64,000 nucleotides of DNA. Origin: Polyangiales bacterium (GTDB lineage: Bacteria > Myxococcota_A > Polyangia > Polyangiales > Ga0077539). Where the stretch lies: contig JBGARZ010000008.1 of NCBI GenBank assembly GCA_044229975.1, positions 192,001 to 256,000 on the forward strand, in the 5' to 3' direction. This document shows, piece by piece, positions 1-9,497 of the stretch; the first letter of the stretch is position 1; every line of letters starts with the position of its first letter. The notes beneath the pieces are model-generated. The model had not been told where the DNA came from, did not search any database, and was given only the letters and a program-made list of their open reading frames with translations. The position numbers were made by a program, and so were the translations under genes.

Positions 1-1113
1 CGTGAGCGCGAAGCACTCGCCCGTCAGCTCGCCGCCTCCGAGCGGCGCTACCGCGACGTGGTGGAGTCGTCCAAGGTGCTGGTCGTCGGCATCGACGTGC
101 GCGGCGTGATGCACCTCTTCAACCGCCGCGCGGCGGAGCTCACCGGGCTCTCCCCCGACGAAGCCCTCGGCCACCTCGCCCTCGATCTCCTCATCGTTCC
201 CGACTCGCGCGAGCGTGTGCAGAGCCACGTCCGCGCGACGCTCGCGGGCGCACCACCCGGTGAGTTCGAGGCCGCGCTCATCACGAAGGAGGGACGCACG
301 CGCATGGTGCGCTGGCACGTCGTCGCCGCCGGGGCCGAGCGCCCGACGCCGCACGACGAGATCGCGGCCTACGCCCTCGGCACCGACGTCACCGACCGCC
401 GCGCCCTCGAACGCCGCGCCGCCGAAGCCGAAGCCCTCGCCCACATGGGAACGCTCGCCGCCGGCCTCGCCCACGAGGTTCGCAACCCACTCAACGCCGC
501 GCTCCTGCAACTGCACCTGCTCGGGCGCGGCATCGCGAAGGTGGTCACCGAGGAGCGTGATCCGTTGCTGGCCCGCGCGCGCATCGTGGAGGGCGAGCTC
601 AAGCGCCTCGAACACCTGCTGTCCGACTTCCTCGAACTCGCGAGACCGCGCCCGATGGCGAGAGAGCCCATCGATCTGGCGGCGTTGCTGGATGACGTGA
701 CGTCGTTTCAGGAGCCGGCGGCCGCGGCGGCGGGAGTGACGCTGGTGCGGCGCATCGGCGAGGCGCGCGCGGTGGGTGATCGCGAGCGGCTGAAGCAGGT
801 GTTTCACAACCTGCTGGTCAACGCGCTGGAGGCGACGCCGCTCGGGGGCGTGGTGACCGTGTCGTGCCACCGCAACGCGGACGAGCCCGACACGACGGTG
901 ACCATCGCCGACACCGGCAGGGGCATCCCCGGTGGGACGGTGGAGAAGGTGTTCGAGCCGTTTTTCACGACGAAGGAGGCGGGGACGGGATTGGGATTGT
1001 CCATCGTTCGACAGATCGTCGAGCGACACGGCGGCGGGGTCGACCTGGAGAGCACCGAGGGCAAGGGGACGCGCGTGACGCTCAGCCTCCCCGCCACCGG
1101 CAGGGCGTACTGA
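1..1113 (+). CDS. PAS-domain sensor histidine kinase (5'-partial, frame open from window start)
   Basis: PAS-like segment (FNRRAAELTGLSPDEALG); H-box HEVRNPLN, N-box NLLVNALEA, DTGRGI, FEPFFTTK, GTGLGL. Frame +1 is open from base 1. Confidence 0.92.
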   Translation, partial: REREALARQLAASERRYRDVVESSKVLVVGIDVRGVMHLFNRRAAELTGLSPDEALGHLALDLLIVPDSRERVQSHVRATLAGAPPGEFEAALITKEGRTRMVRWHVVAAGAERPTPHDEIAAYALGTDVTDRRALERRAAEAEALAHMGTLAAGLAHEVRNPLNAALLQLHLLGRGIAKVVTEERDPLLARARIVEGELKRLEHLLSDFLELARPRPMAREPIDLAALLDDVTSFQEPAAAAAGVTLVRRIGEARAVGDRERLKQVFHNLLVNALEATPLGGVVTVSCHRNADEPDTTVTIADTGRGIPGGTVEKVFEPFFTTKEAGTGLGLSIVRQIVERHGGGVDLESTEGKGTRVTLSLPATGRAY

Positions 1114-1557
1114 CTACCGCGGGAGGCGCGCGTCGACGGCGTCCCGCATCCAGTCGGGGACCTCGTCTTCCTTGTCGCAGTTGAGCAGCACGCGCTCGCC
1201 GCTCGCGCGCACGTCGTCGTTGGCCTTGAGCAGCAGGTCGCCTTCGGTGGACTCCACCGTGGTGGCGGGCGAGCTCAGCGTCGCGGACTCGCGGGCGTGT
1301 ACCGAGAAGCGGTCGCACTCGGCGGAGACGGTTCCCTTCGCGCGGAGGGAGATGTCGATGGCGTCGAGGTGGAGCTTCGCGCCGGTGGGGGTGAGCTCGA
1401 TGGTGAGTTCGAGGGTTCCGCCGAGGGCGCGCACCTCGACGCGCTCGCCGTGGTCGTCGGCGAGCACCGTCACCGAACGCCCGGAAGGGAGCGCCGTGCG
1501 GTGGTGCTGGGCGTTGAGCGCGGCGGTCAGCAGATCGAAGTCGGGGTGGTTGTTCAT
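1114..1557 (-). CDS. Hypothetical protein, last gene of the VgrG cluster; possible beta-rich spike-associated protein
   Basis: 147 aa, same strand as the cluster, beta-strand-like pattern. Ends in GERVLLN, similar to the VgrG C-terminus (GRVRLNS). Confidence 0.6.
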   Translation of the reverse strand: MNNHPDFDLLTAALNAQHHRTALPSGRSVTVLADDHGERVEVRALGGTLELTIELTPTGAKLHLDAIDISLRAKGTVSAECDRFSVHARESATLSSPATTVESTEGDLLLKANDDVRASGERVLLNCDKEDEVPDWMRDAVDARLPR

Positions 1558-1575
1558 GGTGGTGTCTCGTGTTGG

Positions 1576-2712
1576 CTATCGTTGTTGCCAATCGATCTCA
1601 TGGGACATGTCGGCGACGTCGGCGCGGCCGCGCACCCACGGAAGGGCGACGGTGGTCGTCCAGACGAGGGCGACGGTTTCCGCCTCGACGTCGATTTCCA
1701 CGGTGCGGAGCGACGGGGTCATCGCCTCGACGTGGGTGCCCGCGCGCAGCGTCACCTGGGGGCGCTCGTCGGGAAGCGTGAACACCACCTGTCGACGACG
1801 CGGGTGCATCCCGGTGAGGACGACGGTCTCGTCGCCGCGGAGCGTGTCGCACCAGAGGCCCGGCGCGGCGGTGTGAAACCAGCGACGGTCGCGGCGGCTC
1901 CCGAGCTGCTCCAGCGACTCGCAGGCGACGAGCTCGGCGGGGATGGCGCCGTCGCGTACTTCGGAGAAGTCGTCGGGAGAAACGGTCGAGCCGGAGCCGA
2001 GGCCCAGCCACGCCGATCGGGGCCACCAGTGCGCGGGCACGGCGTCGAAGCCGGCGGACACCGGCAGGCGGGGCCAGTGGTCGGGGTTGCGGAGAATGAG
2101 TCGGTCGGGCGTGAGGAGGTCGGTGGGGTCTTCCACGTTGGGCAGACGGAGTGCGGAGAGGTCACCGGACACCGTGTATCCACAGCCGACATCGTTGCGG
2201 GGATAGCGGTAGAGGTCGGAGGTTCCGAGGAGTTCGTCGACCTCGGTGGGGACGTGGCGAGCGAGCGCGGCGGCGTCACGGCCGCCGTAGGCGCGGTCCC
2301 AGGTGAGGGGCATCTCCACGAAGGGAGCAGGGGCCGAGAAGACGGGGGCGGCGGCGATGGAGTCGACGGAGACGGAGCGATCGCCGAAGACGCGAAGGCG
2401 CTTGAAGAGGCGCGGACGGAGGGAGGAGCCGACGTCATGGACGGCGACGGAGACGTCCATGGTGGGGACAGGGCCGTCGAGGCTGTGGGCGTGAGCCTTG
2501 ATGACAACATCGGTCCCGGGGCGGGCGACGGCGAAGAGGTCGCCACCGGCCGAGAGCGGGTCGGCGGGGTCGGCAGAGACCAGCGGGCTTGGGGCGCCGT
2601 GGGTGAGCGCGCCGTCGAAGGACGGGAGCGCGTAGACGCGGCGGGTGACCACGGTGGCGTAGACGGAGCCGTCGTCGCCCGTGTGGACGGACTGGTGGGA
2701 AGTGGGGTTCAT
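1576..2712 (-). CDS. DUF2169 family T6SS accessory/adaptor protein
   Basis: RVFGDR, PAPFVEMPLTWDRAYGG, RNDVGCG, LPNVEDP, GFDAVPAHWWPR, LRGDETVVLTGMHP motifs. ATG at 2712 overlaps the upstream stop (ATGA). Confidence 0.85.
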   Translation of the reverse strand: MNPTSHQSVHTGDDGSVYATVVTRRVYALPSFDGALTHGAPSPLVSADPADPLSAGGDLFAVARPGTDVVIKAHAHSLDGPVPTMDVSVAVHDVGSSLRPRLFKRLRVFGDRSVSVDSIAAAPVFSAPAPFVEMPLTWDRAYGGRDAAALARHVPTEVDELLGTSDLYRYPRNDVGCGYTVSGDLSALRLPNVEDPTDLLTPDRLILRNPDHWPRLPVSAGFDAVPAHWWPRSAWLGLGSGSTVSPDDFSEVRDGAIPAELVACESLEQLGSRRDRRWFHTAAPGLWCDTLRGDETVVLTGMHPRRRQVVFTLPDERPQVTLRAGTHVEAMTPSLRTVEIDVEAETVALVWTTTVALPWVRGRADVADMSHEIDWQQR

Positions 2713-3635
2713 AGGGACTCCGCGCAGAGGTCCCAGAGGTCGGCGATCTGATCGTCGCCATCGGAGGGGTCGGTGCGCAGGTCGCGACCGTCGTGGGCGA
2801 GGCGGGTAGCACCCTTGATCAACGCCTTGAGACCAGCCTTCAGGCCATTGTTGATGGCCTGCTGAAGCAACCCGCGTATCGAAGCGATGACCAGAGGACC
2901 GCACCAGCGGGCGAGCGCAAGTTCGGCGAGTTCGACCAGCAGAGGCCCTCCCAGTTCGACGAGGGCCCCGGCGAGCGCAGCGATGAGGAGGTCGATGACG
3001 AAATCAGTGACGATGGACACGATGGTCGAGATCCAGGCAGCGGCGGTGTCACCGTTGCTCATCCCCAGAAACACGGAGCTAGGTGTCTGCGACGCGCGGC
3101 TCACCGGGTGCCTCATCGGCAGTGAGCACACCGTGAAGTTGAACCTCCCGGTGTTGGAGCCTGCGCCGTAGCGGATGACGGCCACTGGCTGTGTGCCCTC
3201 GACTGCCGCGAGCACGTCGCGTGGGCCGAAGATGGCTTCCGACTTCCCGTTGTCACTGCCTTCGAACGGGCTCGTCCGAGCGGCCCTTGAGTCCTCCATG
3301 CAGGATGCAAGGACGCCGGGAATGGTGGTGAGCGCGATGCCCATCGCCTGCGTCAGGTGATGTCGACGCTTCGTCGCCTTCGTGTGCTGCTGAAGCAGGG
3401 CATCGTGGGCGGCGATCACAGTCGGTGACTTCCTCGTTGCTTCGGGTCCCTGATCCCAGGCGGTCCCCTCGGACCACCAGGTTCCGACCCCAACCATGAG
3501 ACAGTCTGCCGTCCCCAGTGCCTTGCCAGGTCCGAAGTAGGGGTGAACTTCGAGCCTTCCGATGACCTCACAGTCCGGCCGAAGCGCCTGGGTCATCAGC
3601 GCGGTGGGTGGACGATGTCGAATGGGGTTCGTCAT
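2709..3635 (-). CDS. Hypothetical protein: putative divergent PAAR-like N-terminus with hydrophobic helical C-terminus (candidate T6SS tip/effector)
   Basis: Lies between two DUF2169 genes downstream of vgrG. His/Cys-containing N-half, long hydrophobic stretch (WISTIVSIVTDFVIDLLIAALAGALVELGG), visibly atypical codon usage. Confidence 0.5.
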   Translation of the reverse strand: MTNPIRHRPPTALMTQALRPDCEVIGRLEVHPYFGPGKALGTADCLMVGVGTWWSEGTAWDQGPEATRKSPTVIAAHDALLQQHTKATKRRHHLTQAMGIALTTIPGVLASCMEDSRAARTSPFEGSDNGKSEAIFGPRDVLAAVEGTQPVAVIRYGAGSNTGRFNFTVCSLPMRHPVSRASQTPSSVFLGMSNGDTAAAWISTIVSIVTDFVIDLLIAALAGALVELGGPLLVELAELALARWCGPLVIASIRGLLQQAINNGLKAGLKALIKGATRLAHDGRDLRTDPSDGDDQIADLWDLCAESL

Positions 3636-3671
3636 GGTGGGTCCTCGTCGTTGCTGGATGGGAGGTCGCCG

Positions 3672-4655
3672 CTACGCAGCGATCGCGCGGAGCGTGGCCG
3701 ACCGCGTCTCTCGCGGACGAATCACGTAGCGCCACCATGATCGGAACGAGACGACCAGGAGTTGCGTGTCCGCGAGGAACCACAGCCCGGAAATCGACGT
3801 CCGCTGCCGAGATCGCTCCGCGCCGACCTGCACGTCGACCTTGAGGTTCCAGCCTGGGAGCTTGAAGTCCCACCGGTCGTCGCCCAGCGCGATGGCCACC
3901 GACTCGTCGCCGCGCACCTTCGGGGCGGCGTTGCGGGGCACGGCCGCCGAAGGGGTGCAGCTCCGCGCCAGCGCGTCGAAAGCTTCGTCGGTCGGAGGGT
4001 TGTCGAGTCCCCACCCCTGCCGCTTCACCCCTTCGGTCATCTGCCATGGGACCGACCGCGCGACGGGCCCCCACGCAGCGGGCACGGGCGAGTCCGTCCA
4101 CGAACGGATCGGCTCGGCCGGGTCTTCGAGGTTCGGGAGGAGACCTCCCTCGGCGTGTTCTTCATCCCCGTAGGCGCCCCTCCCCACGGGGTTGAGCGGA
4201 TGTTCGATGGTTTCGCCGTGGGTCTCGCTGCGACCACCGAGGGCCCTGGTCCAGTCGAGGTTCATCTCTGCGAATGGCTCGGGCGCGGACGGAACGAGCG
4301 TCCCATTGGCGCCGCGGACCCAGCGGCGATCGCCGATCACGTCAATCGAGCGGGTGAAGTCTCCAACGGAGAACGATGCCTGCGTGCGCCGGGTGGGCTG
4401 CCGACAACGGGCGCTGCCGAGCACCACCAGTTCGCAACCGCGGGGGATGGGGTAGTTGTCCGAGGGAAAGGTCCCGTAGCGGGTGGTGACCTTCTCGTGA
4501 AAGATCGGCCACCGCACCTCGGTGGGGATGAGCCGCCGACGCGATTGGTCAACCTCGAAGGTTGCACGCGCGACGAGCCACGCGCCGAGCTGCACATCGT
4601 CGAGGGCGCCCGTGAAGAGACGCGCCTCCCAGTTGGTGTCGTTGGTGAAGTGCAT
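3672..4655 (-). CDS. DUF2169 family T6SS accessory/adaptor protein
   Basis: N-terminal FTNDT, LVARATF, VIGDRRW, PEPFAEMNLDWTRALGG, NPVGRG, LPNLEDP, PAAWGPV. Confidence 0.88.
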   Translation of the reverse strand: MHFTNDTNWEARLFTGALDDVQLGAWLVARATFEVDQSRRRLIPTEVRWPIFHEKVTTRYGTFPSDNYPIPRGCELVVLGSARCRQPTRRTQASFSVGDFTRSIDVIGDRRWVRGANGTLVPSAPEPFAEMNLDWTRALGGRSETHGETIEHPLNPVGRGAYGDEEHAEGGLLPNLEDPAEPIRSWTDSPVPAAWGPVARSVPWQMTEGVKRQGWGLDNPPTDEAFDALARSCTPSAAVPRNAAPKVRGDESVAIALGDDRWDFKLPGWNLKVDVQVGAERSRQRTSISGLWFLADTQLLVVSFRSWWRYVIRPRETRSATLRAIAA

Positions 4656-4668
4656 GGCTGCTCCCCCT

Positions 4669-6831
4669 TCAGCTATTGAGGCGAACGCGGCCGTTCAGGA
4701 GGAGGATGTTGCCGCCCCCCGGCTCGTGCATCTCGACGTGGTCGGGTTGGAGTTCGAAGCGGGCCTCTCCGTTGTTGTCGGCCTTGACCCGCGTCGCGCC
4801 GTGAATGCTGATGCCACCGCGGTCGATCAGCAGGTAGCTCTCCCCGACCTGGAGTCGGATGGAGTGCCCCGCCCTGATGACGATGTCGCGTCCGACCTTC
4901 ATCGTGTGGTCGTTCTGGACGTCGACGGTCTGGGATCCGGCTCCTGGGGCGGGGCTGTCAGCAGCGCCCACCACCACTGAGCGGCAGCCGGCGGTGATCG
5001 ACTCTCGCTCACCTACGCTCGCGACCCGGTTCCCGTCGACCGTGAGAAGCTCATCGACTTTGATCTCCGTGCTTCGGGTCCCGCCGATCGCGTTCGTCTC
5101 GTTGCACGCGACCGTGAGGAGGTGGCCCTTCTGGATGACTTCGTGGTGGTCCCGCCCCACCGTCATCCGGTGATCCCGCCCGATGCTCTCCGTGCGGTCG
5201 TGGCCCACCGTCGCTAGGTGGTCGCTCAGCACCTGCTCCCGCAGGTTGCGTTGCGCCCGCAAGAACACCTCCTCCCGGTGCGTCTCATCATCGAAGACCA
5301 GCTCGTTGTAGCGGCTCACGTCGTCCAGGCTCGCGGTGCGAATCCCGCTGCGTGACCGGTGCTGCGGCAGCTCCTCGGCGTGATGGTTCTCCCCGTTGTA
5401 GATGGCGCCCACCACGATGGGCCGGTCGGGATCACCCCCCACGAAGTCCACCGCCACCTCCATCCCCGCCCGCGGGATGAACGTGAACCCGTACCCAGTG
5501 CCCGCCCAGCTCTGCACCACCGGAACGAAGCAGCTCGTCGTCGCGGGCGACTCTCCCCGCTCGTCCCACTTGAAGCGCACCTTCACCCGCCCGTGAAACT
5601 CCGTCGCGGGCGCCTGCGCGTCGGGTCCCTCCACCCGCGCGAGCTCCACCCCCGAGACCCGCGGCCACGGCGTCACCCGCTCCGGCCGAAACCCACCCTC
5701 CGCCACAACGCACACCACAGTGTTCGCGTACCGCGACTCGTCGCCGCGCTCGTCGGGCCGATCGGTCAGCACCTCCGGCGCGTGTCCCTTGTGCGTCACC
5801 GCGATCACCAGCACCGCCTCGTGGTCGCCATCCAGGCCCTCGGCCGACAGCCGCTGACCCGCCGACAACCCCGTCACGTTGCCCGTCGCCGTCGCCACAC
5901 GTGATCGCGACCGCGCGCCCTCCATCCGTAGCGTCGACTGCGCCGCCGCGTCGTCTTGCGAGTACGCGTGCCCCTCGTAGCCGCCCAACGCCAACCCCGT
6001 CGTGCACTCCCGCCGAATCCGCCGACCGCTTCGGGCCCGGCTGGCATTGGCGTCGTAGCTCGGGCGGCTCCAATCATGGTCGGCCACCAGCGCGCTCGTG
6101 GTCGTCGCCCGCCGCTCCCATTGCCACGACCGGAACGTCTCGCTCGCGCTCAACGCTCCTTCCGCTCCAGCGAGCGAGACCGCGCGCCCGTCCATCGTCG
6201 GCGTCACAGCCCAGGGCTCCGCATGATCGCTCAGCACCAGCACCTCGCCCCGCTCGGCGTCGTGGCGAACGAAGAAGGTGATGCCCTCGCGCTCCAGCCA
6301 GCGCTTCACGAAGTCCAGGTCGCTCTCCCGATACTGGGTGAGGTATTCGTGAACGGGCAGCGATCGCGTCACGTGGACATCGAGGCGTCCCACGTAGAGG
6401 TCAGCCTGGCGCAGCACCTCGCGCGTCAGGGCCACCGCGTCGCGATCGACGAACACGCGCGAATCGAAGCGTTCCGAAAGGCACCACAGCTCGGGCACCA
6501 GCACCGCCCTCGCGATGCGATGGTTGTGGGCGACGCCCAGATCGGTCGCCGCGCGGACGATGCCGGACACGGTGCGCGCGTGGCCGGCGCGGGCGATGGT
6601 GAGCTCGGCCACGCAGTCGATGAAGTCCTCGGCGCGCATCTCGGCGTCCGTGGTGGCCAGCTCGATGGTGTATTCGAAGCCCTCGGACAGAGCCTCGCGA
6701 CCGTCGAAGCGAACAACCTGCCAGCGCTCCTCGGTGAGCACCTTGAAGGTGAAGGTCGCCTCGGGGAGCGGAGCGGCGTGGCGGTCCATGGCGTCGATCA
6801 GGGTGTTGGCGTCGGTGGGCAAGCGGCTCAT
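4669..6831 (-). CDS. vgrG: Type VI secretion spike protein VgrG (TssI)
   Basis: GREALSEGFEYTIEL, QYRESDLDFVKRWLEREGI, GRVKVRFKWD, WAGTGYGFTFIPRAGMEVAVDFVGGDPDRPIVVGAIYN, gp5-like VGHDR repeats. Start chosen at the ATG after GAGGAG. Confidence 0.95.
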   Translation of the reverse strand: MSRLPTDANTLIDAMDRHAAPLPEATFTFKVLTEERWQVVRFDGREALSEGFEYTIELATTDAEMRAEDFIDCVAELTIARAGHARTVSGIVRAATDLGVAHNHRIARAVLVPELWCLSERFDSRVFVDRDAVALTREVLRQADLYVGRLDVHVTRSLPVHEYLTQYRESDLDFVKRWLEREGITFFVRHDAERGEVLVLSDHAEPWAVTPTMDGRAVSLAGAEGALSASETFRSWQWERRATTTSALVADHDWSRPSYDANASRARSGRRIRRECTTGLALGGYEGHAYSQDDAAAQSTLRMEGARSRSRVATATGNVTGLSAGQRLSAEGLDGDHEAVLVIAVTHKGHAPEVLTDRPDERGDESRYANTVVCVVAEGGFRPERVTPWPRVSGVELARVEGPDAQAPATEFHGRVKVRFKWDERGESPATTSCFVPVVQSWAGTGYGFTFIPRAGMEVAVDFVGGDPDRPIVVGAIYNGENHHAEELPQHRSRSGIRTASLDDVSRYNELVFDDETHREEVFLRAQRNLREQVLSDHLATVGHDRTESIGRDHRMTVGRDHHEVIQKGHLLTVACNETNAIGGTRSTEIKVDELLTVDGNRVASVGERESITAGCRSVVVGAADSPAPGAGSQTVDVQNDHTMKVGRDIVIRAGHSIRLQVGESYLLIDRGGISIHGATRVKADNNGEARFELQPDHVEMHEPGGGNILLLNGRVRLNS

Positions 6832-6992
6832 CGCGAACTCCTCGGGTTGGGCCCGGAAGTGGGCCGTGGGTTGCGGTGCGCGCTCTTGTCGAAACCGACC
6901 CCGACAAAGGTTTCCGGTCCCCTGTAAGCCGAGACCCCCAAGGGGCGTTGTGCGTCGGAGATCCACAGTTTCCGAGGAGCACCCGTACCGCC

Positions 6993-9413
6993 ATGATCTC
7001 CCTGCCCCGCCTCCGCGTCGTCCGCCTCGCCCTGTGCCTGCTGGCCCTCGCCCTGTCCCTCATCGGGCAGGCCCGCAGCGCCCACGCCACCGGGCTCCTC
7101 CTACCCGCCGACGGCTCGCTCGGGCCGCTCGCGATCCGCTCGCACCGGGTAACAGTCGGCATCCACGAGCGCGTCGCCGAGACCCGCGTGGTGCAGGTGT
7201 TTCGCAACCAGACCGACCGCGTGCTCGAAGGCACGTACGTCTTCCCGCTGCCCCCCGGCGCCTCGGTCTCGGGCTTCGCCATGACCGTCAACGGCCGCCG
7301 CGTCGAGGGCTCCGTCCTCGAAGCCAACGAGGCTCGAACCATCTACGAAGGCATCGTCGCCCGCATGCGCGACCCCGGCCTCGTCGAATACATGGGAGGC
7401 AACCTGTTCAGGGCGAGGGTGTTCCCCATCCCCGCCAGCGGCGACCAGACCGTGGAGCTGCGCTTCACCCAGACCGTCGACTACCAGGGCAGCACCATCC
7501 ACTACCGCTACCCCCTCCGCACCGCCGGACCGCAGGCGCGCACCATGGAGGACTTCACCCTCTCGGCCACGCTCGAATCGAGCGCCCCCATCCGCGCGGT
7601 CTACTCGCCCACGCACCGCATCGACACCACCCGCCGCAACGCCCGCCAGGCCACCGTCGGCTTCGAGCTCGGCAACGCCGTCCTCGATCGCGACTTCGAC
7701 CTCTACTACACGGTCGCCGACAGCGACGTTGGGATGAGCGTCCTGACCCACCGCGAGCAGGGCGAGGACGGCTACTTCCTCATGATGCTCGCCCCGCGCA
7801 GCGAGTCGACCGACCGCGAGGTCATTGGCAAGGACATCCTCTTCGTCTGCGACACGTCGGGCTCCATGGCCGGGGAGAAGATGGCCAACGCCCGGCTCGC
7901 CCTCCGCGCCTGGGTCAACCGCCTCAACCCCGACGACACCTTCAACGTCCTGCGCTTCAGCACCGACGTGGAGTCCTTCTCCGAAGCCTCGGTCAATGCC
8001 TCGCCCGAAAACCGCGCCCGCGCCATCCGCTTCATCGACGGCTTCGAAGCCTCCGGTGGAACCGCCATCTCCCCCGCCCTCACCCAGGCGCTCGACGTGC
8101 CCGTTCGACGCGGCGCGCCCCGCACCATCGTCTTCCTCACCGATGGCATGCCCACGGTCGGCGAGACCAACACCACCGCCATCATCCGCGCGGCCGCCGA
8201 GCGCAACGCGGGCCGCGCGCAGATCTTCACCTTCGGCCTCGGCGACGACGTCAACACCACCTTCCTCGACCTGCTCGCCCAGCAGAACCGCGGCTCGGCC
8301 GACTACGCCCGCTCCGGCGCCGAGATGGCCACGCTCCTCGAAGGCTTCTACAACCGCATCGCCTTCCCGATGCTCGCCGACCTGCGGCTCGCGCTCCGGG
8401 GAGCCGACGCCTTCGACGTCTACCCCCGCGACCTCGGGACCCTCTACCGCGGCGGTCAGCTCGTCGTGACCGGCCGCTACCGCACCGCGGGCGCCGCCAA
8501 CGTCGCCCTCACCGCCACCGTCGCCGCGCAGGAAGCGCCGCGCACCTTCGAGTGGCCCGTGACCCTGCCCGCCCGCGAGGAAGGCAACGGCTTCATCCCG
8601 CGCGTCTGGGCCACCAGGAAGGTGGGCTACCTGCTCGATGAGATCCGGCTGCGCGGCGAGAACCCCGAGGTGCGCGAGAGCGTCGTGCAGCTCGCCCGCC
8701 GCTTCGGCATCGTCACGCCGTACACCAGCTACCTCGTCACCGAAGAGTCGCAGCCCGTCGACGAGATCGCGGAGCGCCCAGCGTCGCGCGGCGTCCAGAC
8801 GGGGAGCGCCGACGGGACGCGCATCAACCGCGGGCCGGTGCCGACCACCGCCAGCACGACGCCGCGTCGCCCCATGGGCAGCAACACCGACTCGCTGATG
8901 AATCAGGTGGCCGTCCCGACCGCGATGCCGAGCCCGCCCGCAGCCGCAGCACCCGCGGAGGACTTCCGCGCCTTCCAGTCGCTCGGCGGCAACGGCGCCG
9001 CGGCGATCCAGCCCAGCATCGTCGCGGCCACGCCGTCGGCAGCACCGCCCGCACCGCCTCGCGTCGACGCCACGGGCGAGGCCGGGCGTCGGGTGGCCAA
9101 CCGCCTCCGCGATCTCCGCGAGGCCGAGCGGGCCGACGTCGGCGCGGGCGGCACCCGCTTCGTCGCCGGGCACGCGCTCGTCCTCCGCAACGGAACCTGG
9201 ACCGAAGACAACCTCCCCGCCAACGCCCGCGTGCTCCGCGTGCGCGCCATGGGGCGGAGCTGGTTCACCCTCCTGCGCCTTCGCCCCGCCCTGCGCGCGG
9301 TGCTCTCCGTCGGCCACGCCGTGCGCTTCCGCCTCGACGGCGGCCGCGTCATCGAGGTGGGCGACGCCGCGCCCGACACCGCCGACTCCGAGATCGAAGC
9401 CTTCCTCCGCTGA
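6993..9413 (+). CDS. Secreted VIT + von Willebrand A domain protein
   Basis: Signal peptide; VIT (FRNQTDRVLEGTYVFPLPPGASVSGF); MIDAS DTSGSM; FLTDGMPTVG; FGIVTPYTSYLV. Confidence 0.92.
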   Translation: MISLPRLRVVRLALCLLALALSLIGQARSAHATGLLLPADGSLGPLAIRSHRVTVGIHERVAETRVVQVFRNQTDRVLEGTYVFPLPPGASVSGFAMTVNGRRVEGSVLEANEARTIYEGIVARMRDPGLVEYMGGNLFRARVFPIPASGDQTVELRFTQTVDYQGSTIHYRYPLRTAGPQARTMEDFTLSATLESSAPIRAVYSPTHRIDTTRRNARQATVGFELGNAVLDRDFDLYYTVADSDVGMSVLTHREQGEDGYFLMMLAPRSESTDREVIGKDILFVCDTSGSMAGEKMANARLALRAWVNRLNPDDTFNVLRFSTDVESFSEASVNASPENRARAIRFIDGFEASGGTAISPALTQALDVPVRRGAPRTIVFLTDGMPTVGETNTTAIIRAAAERNAGRAQIFTFGLGDDVNTTFLDLLAQQNRGSADYARSGAEMATLLEGFYNRIAFPMLADLRLALRGADAFDVYPRDLGTLYRGGQLVVTGRYRTAGAANVALTATVAAQEAPRTFEWPVTLPAREEGNGFIPRVWATRKVGYLLDEIRLRGENPEVRESVVQLARRFGIVTPYTSYLVTEESQPVDEIAERPASRGVQTGSADGTRINRGPVPTTASTTPRRPMGSNTDSLMNQVAVPTAMPSPPAAAAPAEDFRAFQSLGGNGAAAIQPSIVAATPSAAPPAPPRVDATGEAGRRVANRLRDLREAERADVGAGGTRFVAGHALVLRNGTWTEDNLPANARVLRVRAMGRSWFTLLRLRPALRAVLSVGHAVRFRLDGGRVIEVGDAAPDTADSEIEAFLR

Positions 9414-9497
9414 GCGTCCGCGAGACCCTCCGCCCGCGTGGCGCGTCTCTCCGCTCACCACTTCCACCAACGTCAGCGCCTTGAGTGAGGTTCAGCC

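Noticed and set aside
6881..6904. GAAACC...GGTTTC inverted repeat between vgrG and the VIT gene as an operator or ECF promoter
   Set aside because: Only 6-bp arms and no second copy in the window; too weak to call.
7101..9470. Long antisense and alternate-frame ORFs (e.g. 7101-9470, 6515-8641, 31018-33105, 37590-39710, 47043-49277)
   Set aside because: Shadow ORFs expected in very GC-rich DNA: Arg/Pro/Ala-rich or exact antisense of well-supported genes, with no motifs.
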